A DNA stretch of 64,000 bases from Paramoeba atlantica. Lineage: Eukaryota; Protista; Discosea. The notes beneath the pieces are model-generated. The model had not been told where the DNA came from and ran no database searches. It saw nothing but the letters and a program-made list of their open reading frames with translations. This document shows positions 53,329-64,000 of the stretch, one piece after another. Position 1 is the stretch's first letter; every line of letters begins with the position of its first letter. The translations under genes were made by a program, and so were the position numbers. The stretch is from contig CDRNVI010000048.1 of assembly GCA_977017575.1 (NCBI GenBank), positions 1 to 64,000 of the forward strand. Direction: 5' to 3'.

Positions 53329-56300
53329 TTATAAAAAATCAAAATCATCGTCGTCTAGAAAATTCTCTTTACCCTTTTGCATTTTCTCCTCGCCTTTCGG
53401 TCGAGGAACGTCGACCGAGGTAGTAGTTGTTGAAGATAAGTTGTCAATAGCTTTCATTCTGGGCTTCTGTACGACTGGTTTTCTTATTTGGGAATTTTTC
53501 TTGGGCTTTTCACGGTAGTCACTGTCTGCCTCAGTAGATGAATCATAATCATCCTCTCCGCTTGAGGTTGAAAAATCAATTGTGGATGACGACTGTTCGT
53601 CGTCATCCGAGTGCAAATACTTTTTCGGTTTTTTCCTCTCATTCTTCGTAATATTTTCAGGTCGTTCCTTTCTATTTTTTGGCCCCGCGTCTATTTTCCT
53701 GGTGTTAATTCTTTTTTGCGACTGATCTATACTCGAGGGCACGTCTCGCGTATCGAGTGCGTCGACACCAAAAGCATCTAGATCAAATTCGGTAGGTTCC
53801 GGGACTTGAACCTTGGACGCGGCAGCTTTGTTTTGATTCTTCGCAGTCGGTCTTCTCCTTCCCATAACACCCAATGGCACATCATCACTGTCTGTCCCGG
53901 CCTCAGATGTCTCTACTGAGTACTCGGAACCCGTCTCAGAAGAAAGTGAATAAGCTAAGCTTTCAGACGATTCGCTCCAAAAACTCTTTCGCTGACGTCT
54001 CGGCTTGACAGTTTTATTATTACCTTTTCCTTTTTCCAAGGTCCGCTTTGATGCTTTGGGAGCGCTTTGACGAGATTCGTCAAAGGATATACTATTCCTT
54101 TCTGATTCCTCTTTCAGCCGCTTTGGTTTTCTTATCGCGAGCTTTCGCTCTGCTGCCTCGCTGTCTTTTAGTAGCGCTCTTCTGGCCGTATCACTAAGAA
54201 CGGGGACTCGAATTCTTGTGGTATCATAAGTTTTTCTAGTTTTAAGTTTCCGGATGGCTTCTAGATTCTCTTTTTCACGCCCTGCAAAATATTCCTTCAA
54301 GCCTTGTTCTAATTTGATTAGATCTTCCTCCCACAAATCCTTTGCTGACTTGACCTCGAGCTCTTTGATTTGCTGTAATACGCTGGCGAGCTGTGCCTCC
54401 AACGCAGAAACCCTTTCTATGGTTAAGGACCATAGCTTCATGCTGAAAAGATAATCGTAATCCTTGGTACCTTGTAAAACTTCAGGGCTCTCCGATACAT
54501 CTGCCGAGCTCTCGGCCACCCGCAAAAGAGTATCTTCATCTTCCTTTGATTCATCAACCTGAGCAAGAGCTTGACCTTTCTTTGCACCGGAAGCTGACTC
54601 CACAGGAAAGGCACGATAGTTCTTTTTTCTCAATTCTTGTAGGAGTATTGGCTTCTTTTTCTTGCTAACCACAAGACTTCCATCAATGATTTCTTTTATA
54701 AAACGCACCATATTCCGCAGTTTCTCACAGAAATCTCGGTATTTCTTTAATAGGAGCTCCTTGCGTTTTGAGTAGAATTCAAGCCGAATTATGTAGAAGG
54801 CTTTTAGGATAGCATGGGCATCTGCATACTTTGTTAGTTTTCCGTTCTCGTCAAAACACATTAGATTAGATGCGGGAATTGAGCCGCGCAGATCGAGGCG
54901 TTCCTCCAGAATACCTTTTTCTGCCCAAGTACGTAATACCTCGGGGTGCAGAACAATATCAAAGTCTACAGTTGTATCGGTGTGGTGTTCCCGAAATGTC
55001 AAAACAAACTCTTTTTGCATCAGCTCCTCAAGATGCTGCTTGTACTGTCCTGTCCAGTACCCAATCGGTAGCTCCCGAACCTGAACCAACATGTCATTCG
55101 TGACGCGGTACGTCCCCACTGAGTTATATTTTCCGGGCTCCCGCTCCACGATAGTGCCTTGAAAGCCGTAGTACCACGGCACCATGGGGATTAGATCCCT
55201 CCCTGCCATGAGGTTGCGAATATTCTGCAAAACGTCCCAGGGGTTATGGTTGGGAATACTGGTGGCGAAACCAGTTCCGATTCCTGTGGTGCCGTTGATG
55301 AGTACCACCGGGAGAATCGGTACGTAGTGATGAGGCTCTACTGGAAATCCATCGTCGTCCTTGTATTCAAGCAGGTCATCATCTGTTTTCGGATACAAGA
55401 GACGAGCAGCTCCGCACAATCGAGTGAAAATGTAACGAGCTGAGGCACAGTCCTTGCCTCCTTGCAAGCGAGTACCAAACTGCCCGTCGGGAAACAACAG
55501 AGGTACGTTGTTCGCTCCAACATAATCCTGTGCTAAACCAACTATAGTTGCCTGCAAGGATGCCTCACCATGATGATAAGCCGCGTGCTCGGAGACGTAC
55601 CCGGCAAGTTGAGCCACTTTTATGGAACTTCTCAGGTTTCTTTTGAAGCAGCAGTACAATATTTTGCGTTGCCCAGGTTTCAACCCGTCTACAAGGGATG
55701 GAATCGATCTCTCACAGTCCGCAATCGAAAACTGGATGAGTTCTTTGTCAATGAAATCCTTGTATCTCATCCGTTTTATTCTATAGTCGAGTTGCTCTTG
55801 TGAGCTCGCCTTGTAATCTTGTATCCACCTCTTTCGCTCATCAGCCTTGTCTTTTCCGAAAGCAAGCACAATTTGTTTGTCGTCCTCTCCATCGGGCACA
55901 TAGAGAAAATCAATTTTGTGGTCACGGAGGTTTGAAAAGTATTCTTTACCCTCTTTAGAGGTGCTTGTACCTAAACCTTTGTAGTACTTGAAGGTCCAAT
56001 TTTTCTTTTCGACGTCGCTCAGACTCCTCCTCCACTCAAGAAAGGCGTTCAATGCAAAGAAGCTCTTCACTTCGCCCGATCTTTTAGCGAAAGCTTTGAC
56101 AATCGGGGTAATGAATTGAGTGAGAAAACCAGGAAGTCGCGCAAGAGAGGGCCAAAAAGAGTGAATAAAGTTCACGATCAAACCTTTGATATGGCTGCCA
56201 TCCTGGTCTTGATCTGACATAACCATGATATGACCATAACGAAGACCGTCTGCGCTTGTATATTGCGTCCCGATCTTTATTCCCATAATTTTCATAATGG

Positions 56301-57777
56301 CCTGGATCTCTTCACATCCCATAACCTTTTTCATACCTGCGTCGCGAACGTTTAAAGGTTTTCCTCGCAAAGGGAAAACTCCGAATTTGTCACGACCAAT
56401 AGTTCCTAGGCCACTGACTGCCAAGGCTTTGGCGCTGTCACCCTCGGTGAGAATGAGTGTGCAATCTCCAGAGTGCTTGCCCCCTGCGTCGTTTGCGTCC
56501 TCAAGTTTCGGGATGCCAGTGACTCGTCCACTTCCTGCCCTTGCCTTCGCTGCCATCTGCTTTGTGAGTTTGCTATTGGCCGCCTCGACACTCCTGTTTA
56601 GGAGACCGGCCTTTAGAATGTAATCCACCATGCTGTTCGGAAGCACACACTTGGATCCAAAGTTGGGTTTCGTTGTGTTAAGCGTTTCTTTTGTTTGTGA
56701 GTCGAACGAGGGGTTCACAATTAGACAGTTAATGAACACGAAAATATGCGGTTTAATCATATGCGCCTTTACTTCAGTACCCTTCGCTTTTTTCTTTGCG
56801 CTCTCAATCACCTTTTCTACAATCTGGTCTACTATATATTTTACGTGATTGCCTCCGCGTGATGTTGCTATACTGTTCACGAAACTTACTTGTTGATATC
56901 CAATATTGCTTATGCGAACGCAAACTTCCCATCGATCATTAATCTTGGAAAAACTTTTGTCATTTTTTTCCTCGCCGAAAGTAGGGTATAAATCAACGTA
57001 AGATGCAAAGTTTCGTATTTTTAGCATAGTTCCGTTCAATCGTACTCGCAAGGAGGGGTCCGTAACTCCTGCAAGATCGTATACCCGCCGACACATGATG
57101 TCATAGATATCGTTTTCCATACTCTCCATGCCAAATTTAGAAAAATCAGGCCAGAAAGTAACGCAGGTAAAATCTTCACCCGAATCGGGTTCTATGTGAC
57201 TCTCCTCGTGTTGCGTCATATTGTTCTTCCACGTCATTTTAAAACGACGTCTACTAGCATGATGAGAAGTTTCTACAACAAACTTTCGTGAGAAAACATT
57301 CGTAAGTTTAGCACCGAATCCATTACGTCCCCCGGTCACTTTCATTTCCTCATCATCGTAGTTCGACGAAGTCAAGAGATGACCGAAAATCATTTCCGGA
57401 ATCCAAAGGTTATGCTCCTTGTGCTTCTTTACCGGAATGCCCTCTCCATTGTTCCAAACACGAACTCGACCTGTCTCACGATCAATATCAACTTGAACTT
57501 GCGTTTGTCCCTTCGGGTCGCGAATCTTGTTGTCTGCACTGTTCACCAATATTTCATCAAATATTTTGTACAAGCCAGGAATCCACGAACATTTCCGCTG
57601 AATCATACTCCCTGTAACTTCGTCATAAATCCAAACCTCATCGACTATCCGTTCACAGCTCCCGATGTACATCTCAGGCCGAGCAAGAATATGCTCATGC
57701 TGTGTTTTCTTTTGATAGGTTTGTTCAAGCGTCTTTTTTCTACTCGATGGGGCAACAACAGGTTCTGCGGCTTCCAT
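53329..57777 (-). CDS. TOP2: Nuclear DNA topoisomerase II, 1482 aa
   Basis: PGLYKIFDEILVN, TGGRNGFGAKL, LILTEGDSAK, PLRGK, DQDQDGSHIKG, YYKGLGTS, DGLKPGQRKIL, ASARYIF (catalytic Tyr); acidic/basic tail. Confidence 0.98.
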   Translation of the reverse strand: MEAAEPVVAPSSRKKTLEQTYQKKTQHEHILARPEMYIGSCERIVDEVWIYDEVTGSMIQRKCSWIPGLYKIFDEILVNSADNKIRDPKGQTQVQVDIDRETGRVRVWNNGEGIPVKKHKEHNLWIPEMIFGHLLTSSNYDDEEMKVTGGRNGFGAKLTNVFSRKFVVETSHHASRRRFKMTWKNNMTQHEESHIEPDSGEDFTCVTFWPDFSKFGMESMENDIYDIMCRRVYDLAGVTDPSLRVRLNGTMLKIRNFASYVDLYPTFGEEKNDKSFSKINDRWEVCVRISNIGYQQVSFVNSIATSRGGNHVKYIVDQIVEKVIESAKKKAKGTEVKAHMIKPHIFVFINCLIVNPSFDSQTKETLNTTKPNFGSKCVLPNSMVDYILKAGLLNRSVEAANSKLTKQMAAKARAGSGRVTGIPKLEDANDAGGKHSGDCTLILTEGDSAKALAVSGLGTIGRDKFGVFPLRGKPLNVRDAGMKKVMGCEEIQAIMKIMGIKIGTQYTSADGLRYGHIMVMSDQDQDGSHIKGLIVNFIHSFWPSLARLPGFLTQFITPIVKAFAKRSGEVKSFFALNAFLEWRRSLSDVEKKNWTFKYYKGLGTSTSKEGKEYFSNLRDHKIDFLYVPDGEDDKQIVLAFGKDKADERKRWIQDYKASSQEQLDYRIKRMRYKDFIDKELIQFSIADCERSIPSLVDGLKPGQRKILYCCFKRNLRSSIKVAQLAGYVSEHAAYHHGEASLQATIVGLAQDYVGANNVPLLFPDGQFGTRLQGGKDCASARYIFTRLCGAARLLYPKTDDDLLEYKDDDGFPVEPHHYVPILPVVLINGTTGIGTGFATSIPNHNPWDVLQNIRNLMAGRDLIPMVPWYYGFQGTIVEREPGKYNSVGTYRVTNDMLVQVRELPIGYWTGQYKQHLEELMQKEFVLTFREHHTDTTVDFDIVLHPEVLRTWAEKGILEERLDLRGSIPASNLMCFDENGKLTKYADAHAILKAFYIIRLEFYSKRKELLLKKYRDFCEKLRNMVRFIKEIIDGSLVVSKKKKPILLQELRKKNYRAFPVESASGAKKGQALAQVDESKEDEDTLLRVAESSADVSESPEVLQGTKDYDYLFSMKLWSLTIERVSALEAQLASVLQQIKELEVKSAKDLWEEDLIKLEQGLKEYFAGREKENLEAIRKLKTRKTYDTTRIRVPVLSDTARRALLKDSEAAERKLAIRKPKRLKEESERNSISFDESRQSAPKASKRTLEKGKGNNKTVKPRRQRKSFWSESSESLAYSLSSETGSEYSVETSEAGTDSDDVPLGVMGRRRPTAKNQNKAAASKVQVPEPTEFDLDAFGVDALDTRDVPSSIDQSQKRINTRKIDAGPKNRKERPENITKNERKKPKKYLHSDDDEQSSSTIDFSTSSGEDDYDSSTEADSDYREKPKKNSQIRKPVVQKPRMKAIDNLSSTTTTSVDVPRPKGEEKMQKGKENFLDDDDFDFL

Positions 57778-58395
57778 TGAACAAAATAAAGACAGAAAAT
57801 CTAGAAATACAGATAATAAATCGTGCTAAGATTTTGGTTTTTTAGAAAAGGCATACATTCTAACTCCTACTACACAGGAGTGCTAATGCAGTACTCGTAC
57901 GCACACTCATTGACTGATATGGACTTACATCCAGTGAATTGAATTGAGTGATTGTGTAACAACATCTAGAATCTGACTTTCGTAGCTAGTATATTTCAGA
58001 TACTGTAAATTAGTTATGATCTTTTGAACCTACAAGATTCTTTATCAGTAAAATTCGTTATTGAACAAATCTTAAATAAAGTGAGAACCCCTCCTACGTC
58101 TCCGAAAATAGAGAAAAAAATAGAAAATGGTAGGTGAACGGATAGACAGGAAAAATATTTTTATACGTAGCGCTTCTAAAAAAGATGGAAACGAGGCAAG
58201 CAAAACATAAATGAAGCAAGTAAAAAGATATTATAGAAAGAAAAGCAAAAATTTCAAGTGAACATAAAGGGCGAAGCTTTTCACAAGAAGAAAGTCTTCT
58301 TACCCATTCTCAAAAGGTCAAGGGAGTATCATTCGCAAGGTGAATTTTGAAATCAATGAACCCAATTTACTTTGAATGACATTTTATCGTTAATC

Positions 58396-60627
58396 TCAAC
58401 ACGGTTTTGCCATGGATCGAAGTAAATCTCGTGCAAGTATGCTTCCATCAATTAATTTAGCATTCGGAATATCCTTGTATATCGACCAAAGTGTAGAAAA
58501 TTCACTGACTGCAGTACAGACGTTCTTTCTAAAGCAGTTTCCTACGGCGATTGCAAGTTGAACGCACAATTTATCTTCTGACGCGTATTTATAAATTTCT
58601 GAAATAGAATGATGTGAAAACAAGTCTGCAGTCAGATTGATGCAAGCAACTGCGCTATCATGTACTTTCTGTGTACTTTCCTTCGCTGTATTGGTAAGAC
58701 ACTTTACCTTGGATGACGAAATTGGAAGAGAAAGTAATCCTTCTTTCGCTAATGACTGTGAATTCAAGGTTTCTTGCCATAAGCTTTGCATTATTTTTGT
58801 GGCGGTGCCCTCGATAAAGTCACACGAAAAGCAAATTTCCAGACATAAACTTGCCGTTAAAACATAAGCCAGTGACTCGTTAGCTTTTTCCAATTTCCCT
58901 TTCGACTCGTAAAATAAAGATAATCTTAGCGCTCGCCATATTGACGATGCAAAAAGGCGTGGTCTCCACACCATTGCTGCGTGAACAGAACAAACCAAAA
59001 GCGCACGAACACTTTCAACTGGAGATAGCAGAAAATCGTACGACTCAATAAGGAAATGGACTGCCTCGTTATGCTTGCGTACTATCTCACAAGTAATGTA
59101 GCCCCCCGATTCCTTGAGATAGCACCGACTAAGATCGTGGTAACACTGTATCCAGGATAACAACAGAAAGCTAGGATGCTTTGATGAGCCCTTCATGTCT
59201 TGGGCCGTGCTGTAAGCATTGCTAATCGTACTTTTTGCGTCAAAAAAGTTTTCTTGAACCATGTCTTGCAACTTTCTACCAACATCACTGAATTCGCGTC
59301 GTATTCTACCTTGCAGCTCCGCGCAAATTTTGAAAAGGTGATCAAAATGATCCGCCTCAAGTATACAAGATGCCATATCAACCAAAACGCGAATAAATGC
59401 TGCATTGCTGCTTTTAAAGCTTCGGGTATCTTGTTCAAGAAACCGGTAGGATGCCAGTAATGTTTGATATTTTCGATGCACTGATAAATTCCGAAAAACT
59501 CCAGCTCCTTGCAACAAGCGCTCCTCTCCGGTGACATCATTCGTTTCCTTCTGTAACCAGGTCGACATCTTAGAAGACTCCACGTAACATGACGGTGACA
59601 TCGAATTCTGAGTAGTTGGCACTCGTTCAGCCAAGTTGTCTTCATGCTTGCCCTTTGGCGCAGCGTGCAGGCAGCGTGCCGCCTTGTTGGAATCATCGCT
59701 TTGTGGTGAGATTGTTGTCAAACCTTTGTTATGAGAAGGAAGAACCTCTATTGGGGCAACAGTGCAGGGTCGGAGTGGTGGGATCGGGCTGCCACATAAC
59801 GGGTCACAAACAAGAGCGTCAAGCTGAGTGACCAAACGGTTATTTTTTCTGGAATCAGATTCCACTATGCAGTTTTTAAGAAGTGTTTCCCCTTCGCGGA
59901 GCACAGATTTGGCAGTGTGAATAGCGTCGAGTAAATGTATCATACGATTCCGTGACGTGCGCTCCATGTTGTGATTAGGCAGATAATCCAGGCGCAACAA
60001 AATTCGGTGAGCTAAATATGCGGTCAGACAATGGAGCGGACGCACACCTATTTCAACTAAAATTTGCGCGTCTTCAATCATTGCACTTTCGTACTGAAGC
60101 AAGATAAAATTTTCTGAAACTTTTGTGCATCTTGCGATGAACTTCTTAACATCTCCCACCGTGGTAAGCCTTGTAAGTGGGATTAAGTGAAGCGATTCCT
60201 GTGTCTTTTCTCGATTATGGGTCATCCTAGGTAAGATATTTCTAAGGACTACCTGAACAGTGAGTACTTTTCCATCACAAAATTTGTAGAAGCAACGACA
60301 TCCAAGGACTCTTCGCGGAGCTTTTCCCAATGGATTTTCAAGAACATAAGAGTCCATAGTGGGAGCGATTACCTTATTGTGGGAAGCAGGCCCGCAATCT
60401 TGAAGGATTTCGTCAATCGCTAGACCGGAAACCTTGCAGATATCATTTTCTACGGAGTTCTTTGCAAAGCATTTAGAAGCTGACGTTACGGGTTCTGTGA
60501 ATCGAAACATAGGCGAAATTTTCTCCAGGTCTGAGTGTAAAGTCATTTCGTCTGGAATAAGATCTGAAAGAGGTACTATTCGTGGCGCGATAAGGTTTTG
60601 CTTCTCCTGAGCAAAAGCCGTACTCAT
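58396..60627 (-). CDS. Hypothetical protein, 743 aa, with a possible ubiquitin-like domain
   Basis: TTVGDVKKFIARCTKVSENFILLQYESAMIEDAQILVEIGV follows the Ubl pattern; the rest is helical and unassigned. Confidence 0.75.
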   Translation of the reverse strand: MSTAFAQEKQNLIAPRIVPLSDLIPDEMTLHSDLEKISPMFRFTEPVTSASKCFAKNSVENDICKVSGLAIDEILQDCGPASHNKVIAPTMDSYVLENPLGKAPRRVLGCRCFYKFCDGKVLTVQVVLRNILPRMTHNREKTQESLHLIPLTRLTTVGDVKKFIARCTKVSENFILLQYESAMIEDAQILVEIGVRPLHCLTAYLAHRILLRLDYLPNHNMERTSRNRMIHLLDAIHTAKSVLREGETLLKNCIVESDSRKNNRLVTQLDALVCDPLCGSPIPPLRPCTVAPIEVLPSHNKGLTTISPQSDDSNKAARCLHAAPKGKHEDNLAERVPTTQNSMSPSCYVESSKMSTWLQKETNDVTGEERLLQGAGVFRNLSVHRKYQTLLASYRFLEQDTRSFKSSNAAFIRVLVDMASCILEADHFDHLFKICAELQGRIRREFSDVGRKLQDMVQENFFDAKSTISNAYSTAQDMKGSSKHPSFLLLSWIQCYHDLSRCYLKESGGYITCEIVRKHNEAVHFLIESYDFLLSPVESVRALLVCSVHAAMVWRPRLFASSIWRALRLSLFYESKGKLEKANESLAYVLTASLCLEICFSCDFIEGTATKIMQSLWQETLNSQSLAKEGLLSLPISSSKVKCLTNTAKESTQKVHDSAVACINLTADLFSHHSISEIYKYASEDKLCVQLAIAVGNCFRKNVCTAVSEFSTLWSIYKDIPNAKLIDGSILARDLLRSMAKPC

Positions 60628-60845
60628 GCAAGTGATGTAGTGTGAGTTCTATAAAAGACGAAGTTAGTTGCGCAAGTTAGTTACATCCTAAAAATACTCT
60701 ATCTTAAAAGATATGATAGCATCATCAAAGACGAAGCATACAAAACTTGTAACTGATAATCGCGCGAAAAAGCATCGTGGCAGGCGAGTGGAGGTCCCAA
60801 ACTCTCAAAAATACAAAAGGAAAACGTTTTTAAAAATTAACCATA

Positions 60846-61168
60846 CTGTGACCCCCCCTTTAATATGCCCACATTTTTGGCGTATGTGCATATTAAAGGG
60901 GTGGGGGGTGCTTTATAAGGGGGGATCTAAAAAAATTGCGTCACTTCGCTGACCGCTTCTTTTCTCTCAGAATGTCTGACTGGTCCTCCGAAATGCTTTT
61001 TTGCTAATCTTGGCGTTGTGTTGGGCCTTGTGTTTGTTTTATTGCACTTTATTGCTGCCATTCGCTGGACGATCTCTATTTTTTGTAGATTCTCTTTTTA
61101 GAGATGGACTTGATCGCCTGGCGATCACCCCCTTTCGCGCGACCCCCGCTAAATAGGGGGGAAGATGG
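60846..61168. mobile_element. Degenerate MITE related to 45211-45518
   Basis: TA|ctgtgaccccccctttaatatg at left; taaataggggggaagatgg|TA at right; internal inverted cccctttaatatgc/gcatattaaagggg; length 323 bp. Confidence 0.5.
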
Positions 61169-61383
61169 TAATTGTGGGATATGCGTCCCGAGACGCTTAA
61201 AATGGTCCTAGAAGTTTTTAAAACTAAAAACATTCCAAGAAATATTGACACGATTTTTGAAAAGAATGAACTTTTCGTCAAATATTAGTTCCTACGGCAC
61301 ATCCAGGGTAGAACGGTTTTTTGTAAGATGTTATTTAGTGCATCCGCGAACAAAAAAAGAAGAAATACACAGTATGTTATACT

Positions 61384-64000
61384 CTAATTTCCAAATATGA
61401 TTCTCTTTGATGAAGAAGGAAATGTATGTGAGACTACGTCAAGTAAAGTACTAGAAAGCTGTTTGCGGTGAATAAGCGAATAAAGAAAATGTCCTTGGCT
61501 GTTCATTGACACAGGTATAACACCGGACCCGCTGTACGTATTAGAAAAGAGTTCTAATACATACTCATGAAAATCAAGTAAAATAAGGTCAATCTGTTGT
61601 GGTAATAGAATGTGCAACATGGACTGGCACCTCGGTCCTATTTCGGATCTAAGTAGCGCACATGTCCAGTGTTGTGAACTCACCAAGACGTGAAAAGCAA
61701 AGAGTCGCAAATCTAGGGCAAGGACAGCTAAGCAAAACCTTTTAATTCTGCGCATTCTTTTATACAAATGGCAGAAGCTTTTTTCGGAAGTGCTTTCTGC
61801 GGTAAGTACAGAGCGACTTGTTAATGCACATAAATCAGTGAGTTCTAAATTCGACTCTTGCCCGCGAGAGAGAAGAATCTCGTTCGTTCCCGCCATCTCT
61901 ATGTTGCGCAACGCATTATCCATTAGACCAATGGAGAAAGTGAACCTCAATAAGATGTGAACAGTTGACAGCGGTAACTGTGTGTATTCGGTTCCACACT
62001 TTCGGCTATTCTGCCCCAAAACGTTCAAAAGAAAAACTTTTAATACTGACTCGTCATCAGGATGCCCACCATGTTCATCATTATGCTCGCTTGAAAGCTC
62101 GAGAAAAAGAGAGCGCGGAAGGCCCACCTCCCGAACCTTACTCCTCAAGACGCCACACAAATAATCTATCCAAACAGTATACAAAGAGAAAAGAATTTTA
62201 CACATCACTGAAAAGCAAAAAGGTATTTGTAACGCTAACTCGAGGCAGTAATTCTGAATTCGCACGAGCTCACAGGAACTTTGGTCTAGCACGTAGTCAG
62301 TACCTCCTAATAGGAAGAGAGGATTGTTGTTGTCTTCTGGTACTTGGAATCGCAAAATTTTGACGTTTCTGATGGAAAAGTCTTCGGCATTGTGATCCAA
62401 AGCAATTTTTAGGCGTTGCAGTATGTGTGCATACATGCTGGGAAGTGTCTGCTTCAATATGGTCACACGCGATTGAGATAAGAATGATGAGAAAGTAGTC
62501 TCATGAGGTACTATCGGCTCAGACAGTCTAGCGTACTTGGAAATAAGACCATTTAGTTTAGTACTAAACTGAGCAAGTGGTAAATAGATATAAGGCAAAG
62601 TCATGTGGCTCGTCACGCATAGCTTGTTTGGTGCATCCAAGAATGCATCTTTTTCACAGCGCGATTGTTTGCTCGTAGAAGTTACAGAATTTTTTTCAAT
62701 TCCTGTTTCTTCTAGCATTGAAAGCGTCTTACTAGAGATCAAGAAATTCGGTATCATATCCACGTGAATATTAGCCAACTCTTTTCTTAGCGTGCCAAAT
62801 GATGCATCTACGTTATATGTGGTTTCGCTGAGATCAGATGCATCGGTAGCAGTCCTTGTCTCAACACAAGTAACATTTTTCCCTTTTTCTAAATCCTTAC
62901 TTCGACATGTTCCGTATATAGGGGCGTCCGCTAGCCCTTGTATCAGTGTAATACATTTTTGTTGGGCTTCTAAAAGTAAACTTCGTAGTTGAAATTGCTT
63001 TGCTCTCACTAAATCATTCGTCGCAACGCTCGTAGCATTCCTTAATATAGCTAAAGGGGCCTCATAAGGCTTTCTTAGAACATTACTTTCATCTATAAAC
63101 TGGGACTCGTGATGCACTTCTTCGCTAGAAAGTCTCTTAATCACAGATTCTAATTGTGCGTAAGGTGCGGCAGAGTGGAAAACGGGATACGCATTCGACA
63201 ACAGATAGGACGAATCGACGTCAATATCAAGAGTCTCGGCCTGATGATATGAATCGTATTCATCTAGAAAGTCAACCAACCTGCGAAGAATGGAAATTAT
63301 GTGAGGATCATGCTTATCATGATTTGATGCATTATCCTCCATCTCTCGTCCAATTTCTTTTTGCAATGCCTTTCTAAGTTCAATGTTCACTATTGAGGGT
63401 TCACTACAGCGCATCTCTGTGGGCTTTAATTGGCTGACATGTGAATTACTCTCTTCTCCATCGAAAGATAAACCAATGGGCTTGTACTGTGGACATGAAC
63501 TATCGTACCGCAAGCCTACATGTCCCTCCCTGGCGTATTTATTCGAACCGATTCTGAAATGTGGCAATGCTATTTCAATAAATATGTCGTGAAACATACA
63601 CACGTTGTTTAGAAAAACAAGTGTTCGACTGAAGCAACGGGTTAACACACTTTGCAGTTTCGTCCACGGAAAGGAAAGAAAATCGCCCGAACAGTCAGAA
63701 GTGCTCAAACATGTTTTGATATCCGGGAGAAAAGAGCTTAGGAGATCCTCTACATGTGATTGAACACACTGCAGAACATTATGATAGCCTAATTCCGATA
63801 TGCCAAGTGAGTTTATACAGTTAATGTAGTGCTTCAAGTGACGCTCAGAGGAAGATACTGGAAGACCTTGGGCCTTCAAAATTGTACGATCTAGTCCTTT
63901 AAGAAGTTGCGCTATACATTTTTTTCGCAGTTTATCAAACTTATTTTGTTGTGAAAGAAACTCTTCAGAAACTTCCTGAGGAATCTGCAAGCGAGTTGCC
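61384..64000 (-). CDS. Hypothetical helical protein, more than 868 aa, 5' end beyond the window
   Basis: The ORF track starts it at a TTG (63990), but the frame stays open to the window edge. Confidence 0.8.
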   Translation of the reverse strand, partial: ATRLQIPQEVSEEFLSQQNKFDKLRKKCIAQLLKGLDRTILKAQGLPVSSSERHLKHYINCINSLGISELGYHNVLQCVQSHVEDLLSSFLPDIKTCLSTSDCSGDFLSFPWTKLQSVLTRCFSRTLVFLNNVCMFHDIFIEIALPHFRIGSNKYAREGHVGLRYDSSCPQYKPIGLSFDGEESNSHVSQLKPTEMRCSEPSIVNIELRKALQKEIGREMEDNASNHDKHDPHIISILRRLVDFLDEYDSYHQAETLDIDVDSSYLLSNAYPVFHSAAPYAQLESVIKRLSSEEVHHESQFIDESNVLRKPYEAPLAILRNATSVATNDLVRAKQFQLRSLLLEAQQKCITLIQGLADAPIYGTCRSKDLEKGKNVTCVETRTATDASDLSETTYNVDASFGTLRKELANIHVDMIPNFLISSKTLSMLEETGIEKNSVTSTSKQSRCEKDAFLDAPNKLCVTSHMTLPYIYLPLAQFSTKLNGLISKYARLSEPIVPHETTFSSFLSQSRVTILKQTLPSMYAHILQRLKIALDHNAEDFSIRNVKILRFQVPEDNNNPLFLLGGTDYVLDQSSCELVRIQNYCLELALQIPFCFSVMCKILFSLYTVWIDYLCGVLRSKVREVGLPRSLFLELSSEHNDEHGGHPDDESVLKVFLLNVLGQNSRKCGTEYTQLPLSTVHILLRFTFSIGLMDNALRNIEMAGTNEILLSRGQESNLELTDLCALTSRSVLTAESTSEKSFCHLYKRMRRIKRFCLAVLALDLRLFAFHVLVSSQHWTCALLRSEIGPRCQSMLHILLPQQIDLILLDFHEYVLELFSNTYSGSGVIPVSMNSQGHFLYSLIHRKQLSSTLLDVVSHTFPSSSKRIIFGN

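Noticed and set aside
57840-58060. Nested short stems upstream of TOP2 considered as tRNA or snoRNA
   Set aside because: Stems are only 4-6 bp, with no tRNA A/B boxes or C/D boxes; within chance expectation.

Overview
Eukaryotic, intron-free genomic DNA that looks kinetoplastid, possibly an early-branching, Perkinsela-like lineage. That assignment is inferred from the HSP83 and TOP2 sequence style, a Tc-38-like protein, and every host gene lying on the minus strand as in a polycistronic unit. Bases 1-13800 hold a head-to-tail HSP83/Hsp90 array: 2587-bp unit, five complete copies, one copy cut by the window edge, and a 3' stub truncated by a decayed Merlin/IS1595-type transposase. Housekeeping genes follow: ATM kinase, dephospho-CoA kinase, AFG2/SPATA5-like AAA ATPase, a DCAF-type WD40 plus TPR protein, LepA/GUF1, Sec1, a Tc-38-like protein, two DnaJ proteins, RPL29, a SAP30BP/HCNGP-like protein, TOP2 and several hypotheticals. 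Bases 31.0-40.4 kb form a host-gene-free nest of DNA-transposon relics: a TA-flanked Tc1-like element with about 105-bp TIRs and unusual D32E spacing, two diverged bacterial-type IS30 transposase relics, a pogo/Tc2-like relic fused to a G4-prone 45-bp minisatellite and a possible Ulp1-like domain, a second Tc1 relic and several MITEs. All recognisable transposase relics are on the plus strand, antisense to the host genes. Intergenic DNA also carries clusters of single-base-centred palindromes and short tandem duplications. All family assignments come from motif recognition by eye; no database searches were run.
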